A DNA stretch of 64,000 nt, taken from assembly GCF_018350175.1 (NCBI RefSeq), contig NC_058368.1, positions 8,184,001 to 8,248,000 of the forward strand, in the 5' to 3' direction. Position numbers and translations under genes: made by a program. The notes under the pieces were generated by a model that was not told the origin of the DNA, searched no databases, and saw only the letters and a program-made list of their open reading frames with translations. The DNA comes from Felis catus (taxonomy: Eukaryota). Positions 26,171 to 38,556 of this stretch are shown here, in pieces. Numbering within the stretch: position 1 is the stretch's first letter; every line of letters starts with the position of its first letter.

Positions 26171-28246
26171 TTCTGACCCAGGCATCAGGCAATTAATTCT
26201 GTTAACCATAATACCCTATTTGTCAGGCAATTTCACTGAGGTATCTGAGAAATAATGCTTTCCTTCCTCACTGATGTAAACACCTCTAACTACAACGATT
26301 AAAAAAAAAAAAAAGGTCTTTTTTTTTTTCTTCTAGACTCTATTGTGTAAACTTAGTTGCACACTCTGATTTAATAAATAGAGTGAGGCTGAATAGCCTT
26401 TGGCATCAATCCCAGATACTAAAACAGTGAGAAAACAACAAAACATGGAACGTAATATCTATCCATAAATCCAATTGTATGGTTAGGGTTATGGAGCACT
26501 TTAAGAGTTATGATTTCCCTGGCAAAGTATCAAAACAACATACCTTTGAAAATTATTCAGAACAGCCGTTTGGCATCCAACCATGCTGACAGAATGAAAA
26601 ATACTGAGTAAGTAGCCTACGTGTAGTTCACCATTCTTTAAGTAAAGAAAGGATGTTTTCTAAAGCTTCAGAATGACATCTTTTGTAAAATAAAAACGTG
26701 GTCATGACAAAAGCCAAGAGAAAACTTCCCAACTCACTTAGAAGACGGGGTCAATCTATTTTTGTAAAAAAGATAAATAGATATATTCTGTCATATAAAA
26801 GAGTATCTTCAAGCCAGTATGTTCCCGGTGGTCATTTCTGCTCTCCATTCCCTTCTTTTTGTCCTTTGGCGTTTTCTGATTTTCGACAATGACTGTGCAT
26901 TGCTTCCATAATCAAAAACGAAAAACCTCAGACAGACCAGTCATATGATCAGAATGACTTAGGCTGCTGTCTCAGCTTTTAAATTCGAAATCAGCTTTCG
27001 GATTCTGAAAAAGATGAGTGTAAGCTGTTTTTGAGGTAGCCTTCTACTATGTTTGGAATGAATATAGGCAAATTTTCTCTCCAGTTTTTAATGGGCTTCA
27101 AGGAGCAAAAGTTTGATTTTCAAAAATACAAAAACTTCCCCTCAAGTATTCATACCAGTGGAGAAGAATACGGACCCTAGTATCCAAAACTATCATCCGA
27201 ATCGAAAATACCATTGTACATGTATATTCTATGAGGGTCTATCTGCAGCTGTATAATGCTTTTGGCAGACATGCCTTCCGAATTAAATTTTTCTTTAGCT
27301 GACATTAACACAACTCTGTGCTTCTACGTGTGGGCTGGCAAATGAAGGGTAACAGAAACAAGTCTAGAATTTAAACTCCGTGGCATATAACCTACACACT
27401 GTACGCTCCACAGACAAATAAAGACTCTCTATGATAAAAATATAAACCACGTTTTCAAAAGCACAGACCCGAAATAGGGCTATGAGACCATGAAAAATGA
27501 AATGCTAACCTCTGCTGTCTGATGCAACACAGATGGAAAATAGTAAAACGAGACACCTGGATTCCAGAGCCCACGCTAGTACTTATTCTCAAAACCCAGC
27601 CTTTCATATTCAGAGGACACTCTTCTAAGAGCACCTCCATCTGAAATCAGAGTCAGCAAGTATTTCAGAAGAAATATGAAACATTCATCTCTTAGGGTTA
27701 AAGAAAATGGTCTGTCAGATACACTTGGTGTGAAGTATTTCTCCGTCCCGTAACACTTATGAAGGGACTTGCAAAGAGAGATGTGTCAGTGTAATTTGTC
27801 TGAAATTAAGCACACTGAATCTTCCCCACCACTGCAAGAACTTAGATCATTTAAAGGAAGAGTTGGGTGTACTATTTATGATTTATATAGATTCTTTTCA
27901 GGTCCTCTGAAGCATCGTAACTTTCTTACCATTGAGATTTGGACCACCCCTTCACAAAAACGCCCTCCCCAACCTCATAGGGGAGCACCATTGCTGAAAC
28001 TGACGCAGCCGGAGTACATGTTTTACAAAATTTTCACACTAAATATTTTTCCCTCCTGTGTCCCTCAAACAATGGAGCTCTTGTGCTTCTCCTAAACTCC
28101 GAGGGAAAAGTCGCTGTCACCAACCCTCGTCGCCAATTCCCCCATTCTGCTTTCAGAGCTCAAAAGAATCCATGTGGCTGAGAACTGTCAGAGCCTGGGA
28201 GGACAAAAGACCAACCAGGACTGGCCAGAATTTGTAGCTGGAAGGC

Positions 28247-28281
28247 GGGGGGGGGGGGGGGGGGGGGGGAAGGTGGGCATA

Positions 28282-28329
<48 letters not shown>
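28247..28329. repeat. G23 homopolymer (28247-28269) next to a (CA)n microsatellite (28283-28329)
   Basis: read directly. Confidence 0.95.
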
Positions 28330-30747
28330 CCATGGCTCTTAATGTCAGCGGATGTCAGAACTGTTGACTTTTTGGCGAGGTGCCAGATTTTGTTGAGTCT
28401 AGCCCTGGGGGAAAGGGGATCATCGGAGCCAGGCAAGGATTAAGGGCCTTGGCTTATAGTGCTGAGCTTTAAGGTTGGGTTTCAGGCCCAAGAAGATGCT
28501 TCTGGAAAACTTCTCCAAATAAGTTATCTTGGACCACCCTTGTCTACCCCCACCTATTTCCCAACCATGTTAGTCTAGTCTCGCCTACTAGGCACATCGA
28601 TCCATTCATCTGTTCTTTCCTACACTTTTCATTCAGTAAGCGTTTACTGGTGCTGTCTGCCAGATACAGATACAATAATGTGTAAGGCATAGCCCCTGAC
28701 TGCAGAAGCCTGTCAGAGGGAAGGAACAGAGAGATCTGAAAACAGACGAACACAGTTAATAGATTAACAGCTAAAGGTTACGGCCAAGGGTGTATAGGTT
28801 GTATCAGGTCATAAGGGAAAGGACCTTGACTTCTCTACCCCATGTATTCCTCTGGTACCATCACCTGTTCGGCCCCTGAACCTGCTACTCACTGGTCCTT
28901 CCTTCATAAACCCCTGCCACCATGTCCCTTGGAACATACAATCAGACTTCCCTAGTTTATTGTGACTACATTTCCCAGTATTGTTTACTTGGCCACAAGT
29001 TCTCTTCCCACATCTTAGCCCCAACTAAAACCTAGCTTTCTCATAAGTGATGCCACTTTCCTCAAGTCTATCCCGTGGAGTCTCATCTTTCTCCCACTTT
29101 CCCTAACTCACAGGGTAAGAAAAATGTCAGCACGGCCTCCTGCTCCCCACTTTACTGCTCGATCATTGACTTTATCACTCAACTGACTACCTCTTCTTTG
29201 AAATGCACGTGCTCGCTTTATACCATCCTTTCTTTTGAAGGGACGAGGACTCAACCAAAGCCAAGGGCACATTTCAACTTAGCGTGCTTTTACACCAACC
29301 CGAGCTGTATCCATTCACCTGTGCTCACCCACGTTCAGCAGGCTGCTGCACTCTAGATGGGTTTCTTCTGCTATGTCCAACAATGCGCACTAAACAAATA
29401 TTTTTGCCAGAGAGCCTGAAGAGTAAAGTCAGGGAAGACAACAAAACGTGAAACAGAGTACTTGTTCTCTTACAATGTACACAGTGAGCCTGTTTCTTAT
29501 GGAAAATGGGGATAATAGTAGTACCTACCTCACAGAGTAATTGAGGATTAACTGAAACAATGTATGTAAAGAACTAAGAACGCGGCCAGCTACTCAGCAG
29601 ACGTTAACAATTACTAATAGTCTGTCCTCCAAATGATATCACATAAAGTCTAAGTAAACATTAAACCATTCTAATGTCAAGTCTAATTGAATTCTTCAAG
29701 CTACTTGAGCATACTTAACACTGACTTGTATTAGTTAATGCTGTAACAAACCTTTTAAAAGGATATAAATATAGGTGTATAAATATAGGTGTATGGCTCA
29801 AAGGAAGGCGATTTTTCTCCTTGCTGCCCTCCTGATAGTATCCTATCAGTCACCGGAGACTTATTTTTGACACTTCATCATCTTTTTAAAGCGATTTTAA
29901 AGCTACTTTTAAACCTTAACTCCTTTTCAATCTCTCATCCCTTCCTTCCCCTGTGGACTCTAACTACTGCAACACTCCAAATGGTACCTTGGTTCCTAGT
30001 TTCTCCTAATTCCAGTACAGTCCTCAGGCTGCCACCAGAATAACTGTTTTTAATGTCAAGTGTCTTGTGAAAAGACCTCCATTATTGCCTATTCCCTGCA
30101 AGACAAAGCCTAAAACCCCAAGATGCCATACAGGGCCCTTTATGTTATCCTCAACCAATCCCTCCAATTTCATTTCATGCTGTTCCACCTGCTCCCCCTG
30201 AACTCCCAACTGCATGGGAATATTCTTCATTGTTCTTATTACAACATGCCCTTTTGCAAATCTCTGCCTTTCCACATTTCCTCTTCCTCAAAAGCCGGTT
30301 TTCCCTGTTCCCAGCCACTTTCTGATCCGGCTCCTTTCTCTACTACACATTTACATTTATTTACCATACTTATACCCCCCAGTAAAATAAAAGTATCTCA
30401 AGTATAGGGAAAGGGCTCTTCTCTTTGGCTCCAGAATCAAATGCTCAAGGAAAATGTAATGACTGAACTGTGAGCAATCAACAACATTAAAATAATTTCT
30501 TTTTAAGAGCTGCAGTTTTAAAATTTCTCCTTAGGTGGAACTGAGTGAAAGGAAAAAATGCAAATGAAACATTCAAACTCAAATCTCAAGGAAAACATGG
30601 AAGAGCCAGAAGAAGACACATAAAGGCAGCAGTGCAGAATATTCAAAACCTGGAACTTCAAGGTTGTAGGACCATGGCAAGTGGATATACATAACATATA
30701 TGACTTTATCACCTCCCTTAGAGGTGACAGAAGTCCTCCAGTGGTTT

Positions 30748-30947
30748 AAAAAAATTTTTTTTTAATGTTTTTATTTTTGAGACAGAGAGAGACAGAGCAT
30801 GAGCCGGGGAGGGGCAGAGAGAGGGAGACACAGAATTGGAAGCAGGCTCCAGGCTCTGAGCTGTCAGCACAGAGCCCCACGCGGGGCTTGAACTCACGGA
30901 CTGCGAGATCCGTCGGACGCTTAACCGTCTGAGCCACCCAGGCGCCC
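30748..30947 (-). mobile_element. Can-SINE with a short internal deletion
   Basis: antisense SINE; TSD agaa(g/a)tcctcca(g/a)tggttt. Confidence 0.88.
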
Positions 30948-31990
30948 AGAAATCCTCCAATGGTTTTTAAAGATAAAGCCTCACCCTTAATTGGCACAGA
31001 GGCCTCCAAAATAAACTTGCCTCCATCTATTTACAGCCTCATCTCCCACTACTCTCTCCATACTCTCTGAACTTTAGCCACACAGACCTCCTTTCCCAGT
31101 TCGGTTTTTGCGCAAGCAAATTTGCCAGTAATGTTCTTTCCCATACTCTCCTACCTTTCAGTATCAGCCCAAGGATTCTTTTAAGTTATCCCCATTATAT
31201 GGTAACAGAGTAGGAGTCCATTTTATCGCGTTATATTTGGAAGGCAACACAGTATAATGCTTTGAAAACGGATGATTGGGTCCTTGGGCATATTTAAACT
31301 CTTTTGTCTTGCTTTCCTTGACTATAAAGTTGAGATAACAATAGAGCCTACTTCATAAGATTATTGAAGAGATTAAAGGGGATAATTCACGTAAAGGGCT
31401 TAGAATTCTATCGCGAGAAGAGCCCCAATATATGTTGGTAATTATCATCCGTACTTCGCTCCATGTCACCCGCCCCACCCCCAGCAGTTCCACTGCTCCT
31501 CTCCTCCTGCCTAGGAACCACATCAGCCCGATTCATTTCTATATTCTTAGCCTCCGCACAGGGTTCTGAACATAGCAGACCTTCGTTCTATGGTTTTAAA
31601 GAATAAACTGGCAAAGCCTCGTGTTCTACTTTTGCCTTTTTCTAGCTGAAACGCTGCAAATTATTCATTGCACCTGCGCCTCGTTTGCCCTCACGAAAAA
31701 TGTAGTCTCCCCTTGGACGAGGTTTTGTATTCACTAAGGGGATGCATCTACCAAAGCGCATTGCACATCTTCAAATACTGTACCAACGGTGGATGTTTAT
31801 CATTAAGCGGAGGTCCGCGTCTTCCCTCCCCTCCGGCACATCTCGTCCCGACCCCACCCTCCCCCCAGCCCACACCCTTACTGCGCCCTTGGCCCCGGGT
31901 CCCTCGGGACTTCAGGCGTGGGAGCCCCGGCCCCGCGCGGCTCCCTCCGGGCGCCCCGCGCCCTCCTTCCTTCCTCGCCCGGACGGACGC

Positions 31991-32034
31991 ACTTCCGGCG
32001 GATGTGGGGGGGGGCAACCCCGGAAACGGAAGTG
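31991..32034. promoter_or_regulatory. Cluster of ETS/GABP motifs near the start site
   Basis: ACTTCCGG 31991-31998, CCGGAAA 32020-32026, CGGAAGTG 32027-32034; typical of housekeeping promoters. Confidence 0.7.
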
Positions 32035-32093
32035 AGCAGTGGGGCCGGCTGACGGTAACGGGGCTGAGAAGCTGTTCACTGAGCAAGTTGAAG

Positions 32094-32096
32094 ATG
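32094..32096 (+). CDS. POMP: POMP coding exon 1 (ATG only)
   Basis: aagATG followed by donor gtgagt; preceding sequence resembles the human POMP 5'UTR as I recall it; joins exon 2 in frame. Confidence 0.93.
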
Positions 32097-33969
32097 GTGA
32101 GTGAGCCCCCGGGCGAGCTGAGTTCCCGGCGGGCTCGGGACCCTGGCCCGGCAGGAACAGGCCGCCTCCCCCTGGCTCGTCCCGGGGGGCGGCGGCGGCG
32201 GGAGGATGAGGCCGGCCTCGGGCGCCATGATCTGTCGAGTCACGGGGTTGGGGGTTTCGTGGCTGTCGTCCGGGCTGGGCTCGGCGCGGGTCCCGCGAGT
32301 AGCGCTTCGGCTTCATCCCCTTCGCTTGGTTCTCTTCTCTGGGTCTGCGCCCCCTCGTCCCCAAGTCCCCAGTACCCCCCGGCTCCTTCCTCGTGGTTGG
32401 CGCCGACCTGGCACATCCGAGAGTGCAGCCTGTGATGCGGCGCTGCAGACTACCCTGCCCCAGAGGGGCGAACCTTGGGGGCCCAGAGCGCTCGAACTCC
32501 TCGCCCACCCCCGACCTCGGAACTGCTTTGCGAACAGACCCACAGCTGAAAGTCTCCTTTTCATCTCTTACCTTTACAGACATTTCTGGGAGCTTGTAGT
32601 ATGCCAGACGTTGGAGGGGGTAAAAATCAAGGCAGTTGTTACGCCCCGTGTGTCTGTGTCTTCAGTGCATCCCCTCCCCCCTCCACTCCCTTTCTCTCCT
32701 TGTAACGTAAAAGTAGTGATGCTTGGGAAAGACTCCTGAACCGCCCTGGCCCCTGATTCTGATACTAGGCCATCTAAATGTAGAAAGCTTGTGTTGGTAA
32801 TATTGCTGATTATTGGGAAGATGTTCTATAAACTCTCTGAGTTGTAACTAGTGATACTTTTCATAGATTTGGTTTTCCCTGCTGCTTTAGTAGAAACATC
32901 GGGCGCCTATCCTGATGTTGTACAGAAGGAAATTGGGGGGAATGATAATAGTAGAACCCAGAGATCAGAATTCTCCTTTTCTTTGTGCATAGAAGAAACT
33001 TTCCTTCTGTTACTTTACAATAAAGCAATCTGGGAGGAGGAGAGTGTTCCTTTCCTGGTGGGAAAGTACCAGGAGATACATTTGGTAAGGTAGAATCATA
33101 CCACTCTGGTCCTGGCAAGAGTTCAGGTGCCTGGGAGGATAAGTAAATGGGGCCAGAGACATTGTATGCCTTGGTCATAGTCACGTAGTAGGTCAGAGAC
33201 AGGCCACACTACATAGATTCCAGATTCTGTTTCCTGATCAACCTTGACTTCTGTGTTGGGGAGCCTGTTGTGTAGGTTCTTGAGTTCCAGGATAAGGATA
33301 TTGGGTTTTGTTTTTCAGACTGGACATTGGTGAATCGGTGAAAGGTGGTTTTTTTTTTTTTTTTTTTTTTTTTTAACAGGTTGGTGGGGAAGATTATATG
33401 TTTTAGGAAAACCTTGAGATGCAGAATTGGAAAGTGGAAGAGTCTAGAGACAGCAGTACCCAGCAGAGTGCTGTTAAGGTTACCCAGGTGTGAGGTCTTG
33501 AAGTAGGGCGGTAGATTGAAGAAACCCTGGACAGGATAAAGTACCTGACCAAATAAAATACACGGGTAAATCCAACAGTCAACATAAAACACTGGTTTCT
33601 CAGAGTAGTTTATCCTAGAGTAGTGTAAGGCTGCTCACCAAACTACCTGTAGCTGTTGTACATTTTTCTTCAGAATTACAGGGTTATTGTATGTGAGCAA
33701 CACGTGATTAAAAGTTAACTCTTGTGTGTTCCCTGTTGTAACATTTATTGCATTTTATTTGCTTGTTTAATTTATCTTCATTAGACTCAACCCTGGGGAA
33801 GGTGTACATTCAGCATCTACCAGAATACCTGACACATAATGGGTGTTTAATAAATCACCTGCTGATTATTAAATGGTTTTTATATTTAAATATAATTATT
33901 GAATTTTTTTGATTAAATGTTTTATAGCATAGATGTGGAGGGTGATAATACAGTAGTGCCCAATGTACT

Positions 33970-34620
33970 GTGAGTCTTTGGTTTTGTTTATGCTGATTAG
34001 ATTTATTTTTCGTAGGGTGTACCCTCTTTCAGAAACCAAATACTTTCTGAACATCCCTTTTTTTCTTAGCTTCTGTGACTTCATTCTTCTAGCCATTCTA
34101 TTCATTCTTAACCCCATTTCCTTGTGCTTTTTTTATTTTTTAAGGAATAGTGGTTTCCAGGATTCTGCCCTCGACTTTTTTTCATTCTGTGCTAATCATT
34201 CCAACCCAGGGGAAGAATCTTTCCGATGAAAGTAATTCTGATCATGCCAGAACCTTCAGAGGCTCTCTCAATTTCAGAATAAAACCTGAATTTCTTCGCA
34301 TGTTCGAGCCTTTTTTTCATTTTGCCAGTCTGCCTTTACCTCTGCCTCACTGAGACATGGAGTTATCTCAAACTACTTGTAGCGTATTCATTTATGTCTC
34401 TTTCTTTTACCTGTGTTCTTTTTTCCTAGAATGCCTTTCAATATGACAGTATTCAGAGATCAACTCAGGGATCCTACCTACTCCCAAGTTTGATATTATT
34501 TAGTGTACCATGTATAATCACCCTACCATAATGCTGAGTCTCATCACAATTGTCTGGACTATGGGCTCTTTGAGGGCAGAGACTTTATTTTTTTGTCTAA
34601 TGCTTGAACAGTTTTTTACA
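33970..34620 (+). mobile_element. L2 fragments in POMP intron 1
   Basis: 'ctgatcatgcc..ccttcagaggctctc..agaataaaacc', 'gggctctttgagggcagagac'. Confidence 0.55.
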
Positions 34621-34684
34621 TAGATGTTCAGTGTAAGTTTTAAAAAGTTTTTTGTATTTAATGGTGTTTTTGGTTGTGTTGTAG

Positions 34685-34782
34685 AATGCCAGAGGACTTG
34701 GATCTCAGCTGAAGGACAGCATTCCAGTTACTGAACTTTCAGCAAGTGGACCTTTTGAAAGTCATGATCTTCTTCGAAAAGG
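34685..34782 (+). CDS. POMP: POMP exon 2 (98 nt)
   Basis: tag|AATGCC..AAAGG|gtatat; encodes NARGLGSQLKDSIPVTELSASGPFESHDLLRKG. Confidence 0.97.
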
Positions 34783-34974
34783 GTATATGGGTGGGGGGGA
34801 GGGGTGGAATTGTGACTTTGACTTTGTTGTAATAAAATGTTTCTGTGAATTCTTTTTCACAGTATTCTTTAAATATTTCGATAGGCCATAAATATATATT
34901 TAATTTGGGACATAGCAAGTAATATACCTTAGACTGGGTGAGTGTGGGCGTGGATGTTTTTTGTTTTTGTTTTG

Positions 34975-35637
34975 CTTTAATTTTTATTTAATTTACTTCT
35001 TTATTTATATCCAGGTTAGCTAGCATATGGTGCAACAGTGATTTCAGGAGTAGATTCCTTAATGCCCCTTCCCATTTAGCCCATCCCCCCTCCCACACCC
35101 CCTCCAGTAACCCTCTGTTTGTTCTCCGTATTTAAGAGTCTCTTGGGGCGCCTGGGTGGCTCAGTCGGCTAAGCGTCCGACTTCAGCTCAGGTCACGATC
35201 TCGCAGTTCATGAGTTTGAGCCCCGCGTCGGGCTCTGTGCTGACAGCTCAGACAGAGCCTGGGGCCTGTTTCAGGTTCTGTGTCTCCCTCTCTCTCTGAC
35301 CCTGCCCCGTTCATGCTCTACCTCTCTCTGTCTCAAAAATACATAAACGTTAAAAAAAAAAAAATAAGAGTCTCTTATGTTTTGTCCCCCTCCCTGTTTT
35401 TATATTATTTTTGCTTCCCTTCCCTTGTGTTCATCTGTTTTGTATCTTAGAGTCCTCATATAAGTGAAGTCCTGTGATATTTATCTCTCTCTGACTGACT
35501 TTGCTTACTGTAATACCCTCTAGTTCCATCACGTAGTTGCAAATGGCCAGATTTCATTCTTTTTGATTGCCGAGTAATACTCCAGTGTGTGTGTGTGAGT
35601 GTGTGTGTTTGTGTACCACATCTTCTTTATCCATTCA
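34975..35637 (-). mobile_element. Carnivore L1 3' end (antisense) carrying a sense Can-SINE at 35145-35364
   Basis: 'ccctccagtaaccctctgtttgttctc', 'gttgcaaatggccagatttcattcttttt..cacatcttctttatccattc'; SINE TSD taagagtctctt (35133-35144, 35365-35376). Confidence 0.88.
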
Positions 35638-37172
35638 GTGGATGTTTTGTGTAATGAAATGTTTTAACGGTAGTGGGTTCCCAGGTTAGGGCCTCCTTCT
35701 AGGAGCTGTCACCCAGGAGCATGATTTGCTAGGATTCTCCTTTTTGCTACTGCTGACTTGGAAAGCCATTGTGTCCTTATCTTATTTCCTACTGGAGTAA
35801 TTCTCTGGGAGACACTAGAACACAGCAGATACAGCATTAACTCTGGACTAGGCCGCCTGGGTTTTGATCCGCTCTTTACTAGATGTATGACTTTGAGCAG
35901 GTTACTTAATTGCTCTATTTCTCAGAGTCTTTGTATGTGAAATAGGGCTGTTAATAGTATAAATCTTATTTTGAGGAATAAATGAGTTAGTACATGAAAA
36001 ATAGAACAGTCCCTGACATTAGTAAGTTCTTAGTGTTAGCTGTTGTTATTTTTCTTCTCTACCCTCAGTGCACAGTTGTACCCTTGATTTCTTCCAGGTT
36101 TCTATATGTTTAGGTCTCGATTTCTAGTACTTCTTGGCAGGTTGCCTTTCTGCTTAATCCAATAAGAGTAGCATCTGAATTTTGAATTCTATATGTAACT
36201 TTAAGATATTTAGGTCCTGCTATAATAGAATGTTGTTCTAATACTGGTGTCTGGGGACAGATATGATGCCTTGTTATTATTGTCTTTCCATTTTATAGTG
36301 AAAGACGCAGTTTATAGTCTTTGGAATTAGAGAATATAATTTGATTTATGGCATCGTGTAATCAAATTCACGAGTTAGTAACCAAGTTCTGATGATTTGT
36401 TATTTATTTATTTTCACATAAAATGCTCCTTTTTCTTCCTGGTTAGACTATAAGATTGCTGTGAACAGAACCATTTTCAAATTCCACTTGTAGGATACTT
36501 CTGTACAAAGACAGTATTCAGTAAATGGTTGTTGCAGGATTTCTGTGGTTTCTTTCAGCTTTCAAATCCTGTTTTGGCAATAAGAATAGTTATCTTTATA
36601 TATCTAGAGTGATAAAGACCAGTGGTCTGGTTCTAGCAGCGTGTGACCTTACATACTAGGTGTTCAGTAAATGTGAAACACATTGTTCAACATGTGTTTA
36701 TTAAAGATACGTTAAATATTGAATATGTATTAGACCTAAACAGAAGGGGTGTAGATATTTTGTATAGTAAAGGAAGCATGTCATCAAATAATAGTAGTTT
36801 TAAACATACTTTATTAAATTTCTTCTAGATAATAGGGCATCGTTTAAACACTGTTTTTTGAAGGGCTCTCCCTAGTTAATTGACTACTAGTATCTATAAT
36901 TGGTACATTTTAAAACGGTTATATAGTAGATTTGACTTTTTTTCTCTTAATGTTATATAACTCGTTATAATTCATTATGTTACAATTCGTAGTTATATGA
37001 ATTTTAACACATGTATCAGTTTCTGTAACCACTGTCACAGTCAGGATGCAGTGTCATCGTCCCCCAAAAGTCCCTTGTGGCATTCTGTTATAGATAAACG
37101 TATTGATAGATGTGATTTTGAGCTTTAGGGATTGAGTGATTTATCATCTACCTTTCAAATGTTTATTTTCAG

Positions 37173-37233
37173 CCTTCCTTGTGTGAAAAATGAACTTTTG
37201 CCTAGTCATCCTCTTGAATTATCAGAAAAAAAT
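37173..37233 (+). CDS. POMP: POMP exon 3 (61 nt)
   Basis: ttttcag|CCTT..AAT|gtaagt; encodes (G)LPCVKNELLPSHPLELSEKN with the UMP1-family HPLE motif. Confidence 0.97.
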
Positions 37234-37454
37234 GTAAGTATGTTACTTGTATTTTTACTTTTCTTCTCTAGTAGAAGAATAGTTTTAGTAATACTTATGT
37301 GGTTTCATTTATTAAGACATTTTTGATTTTGAGCATTTGACCATGAAGAATATGAGGACTTATTTTCAGTATCCTTGTAGAGTAGGCTTCAAATTATCAT
37401 TATACTGCTTCACTAAAGCTCTACACATTCCTTCTTTTGTCTTTTTTATGGATG

Positions 37455-37567
37455 TTTCTTTTTTTTTCTTTTTTAAATTTTAACTAGGCTCCACGCCCAG
37501 CTTGGGGCTTGAACTCATGACCCTGAGATTAAGAGTCGCAGGCTCTACCAGCTGAGCCAGGTGCCCC
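37455..37567 (-). mobile_element. Short tRNA-Lys-derived Can-SINE
   Basis: antisense 'cttgaactcatgaccctgagattaagagtcgcaggctctacc'; T tail; TSD ttttatgga. Confidence 0.8.
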
Positions 37568-38029
37568 TTTATGGACATTTCTGAAAGCCAATGCACCATT
37601 CCTCTCCTAATAGTTCCCCATTTGATGATCCTGTTTTCTTTCATATTTTTCCTCTGCCATTTTTGCTATTGATCTCCAAATCCTTGTCTCTAGCCTTGAC
37701 CTCTTTCTCAAGCCCTGCACCTCCAGGGTACTGAGGGACATACCCTCTTATGTGGCATAGTAGGTACACAGAGGAATATGACATAATCCCCATCCTGGAG
37801 GGGCTGAGAATTTAACGGGAGGACAGGCAGTGGAGAGGGGCTATATAAAATGCTATAGAGGACGAAGACGGAGCAACCACTTGTGCATATGGCTAGTGGA
37901 AGGCTTTAGAGAGCAGACATTTGAATAGTTTTAGGTCAGTCACTCCCAAAGGGGGTGTAGCCTGGATGGATGTTGTAAGGCAGCTTACAGGGTTTCTAAA
38001 TACACGTTCAGAGCAAGAATAAAGAGGGG

Positions 38030-38225
38030 TCTTATTACTTCAGGAAGATGGTGCAATGTTATTATTAATAAGATGGGGCTCACTCAAATCAAGGGAGGAG
38101 ACAGTCTCACTTTCCCAAGTATTATTTGGAATATTGGTTCACTTCTGGGCAATACATGTTAAGAGAAACTTGGACAAATCTGAGTGAGACTGGCCCAGAT
38201 GAAGAGTTAAAAAATCATATAGTTG
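38030..38225 (+). mobile_element. CR1/L3 LINE fragment
   Basis: 'tttggaatattggttcacttctgggcaatacatgttaagagaaacttggacaaatctgag' resembles the CR1 3' RT motif (LEYCVQFW.P...KD..KLE). Confidence 0.5.
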
Positions 38226-38556
38226 TTTTGAGACTCAGCTTCTATCTGCCACCTCTGTGTAGTCTCCTTAATCATTTAACCGGGTAGTGGGAGTCTCTTG
38301 AAATTGTCTGGCACTTTCTGTTATAAATCCTTCAGCACAGGTTGTGTAATTGAACTATCTAGGTTTGAATTCTTGGTACCATACTTAGCAACTAAGTGAA
38401 CTTGGCAAGTTTCTTAATTTCTCTTTAAGTCTTAGTTTCTTCATCTGCATAATGGAGTTAGTAATAGCCCATGACTTGGCACATGCTGACTTAAAGTAGC
38501 TCTCCATGATTGGGAGCTATAGTAACGATAGGGAAGATGGCCATCGTTATTCATAC

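Larger units (their letters stand above)
31810..32530. promoter_or_regulatory. POMP: CpG island, POMP promoter and first exon region
   Basis: sharp rise in GC and CpG content around the start codon; no TATA box seen. Confidence 0.9.

Noticed and set aside
26302..26330. A-run/ggtc/T-run hairpin
   Set aside because: Low-complexity homopolymers; no sign of function
31668..32739. Long ORFs over the CpG island (255, 223, 177 aa)
   Set aside because: Pro/Gly/Arg-rich frames expected in GC-rich DNA; the 255-aa frame begins at TTG and runs through the POMP exon 1 donor into intron 1
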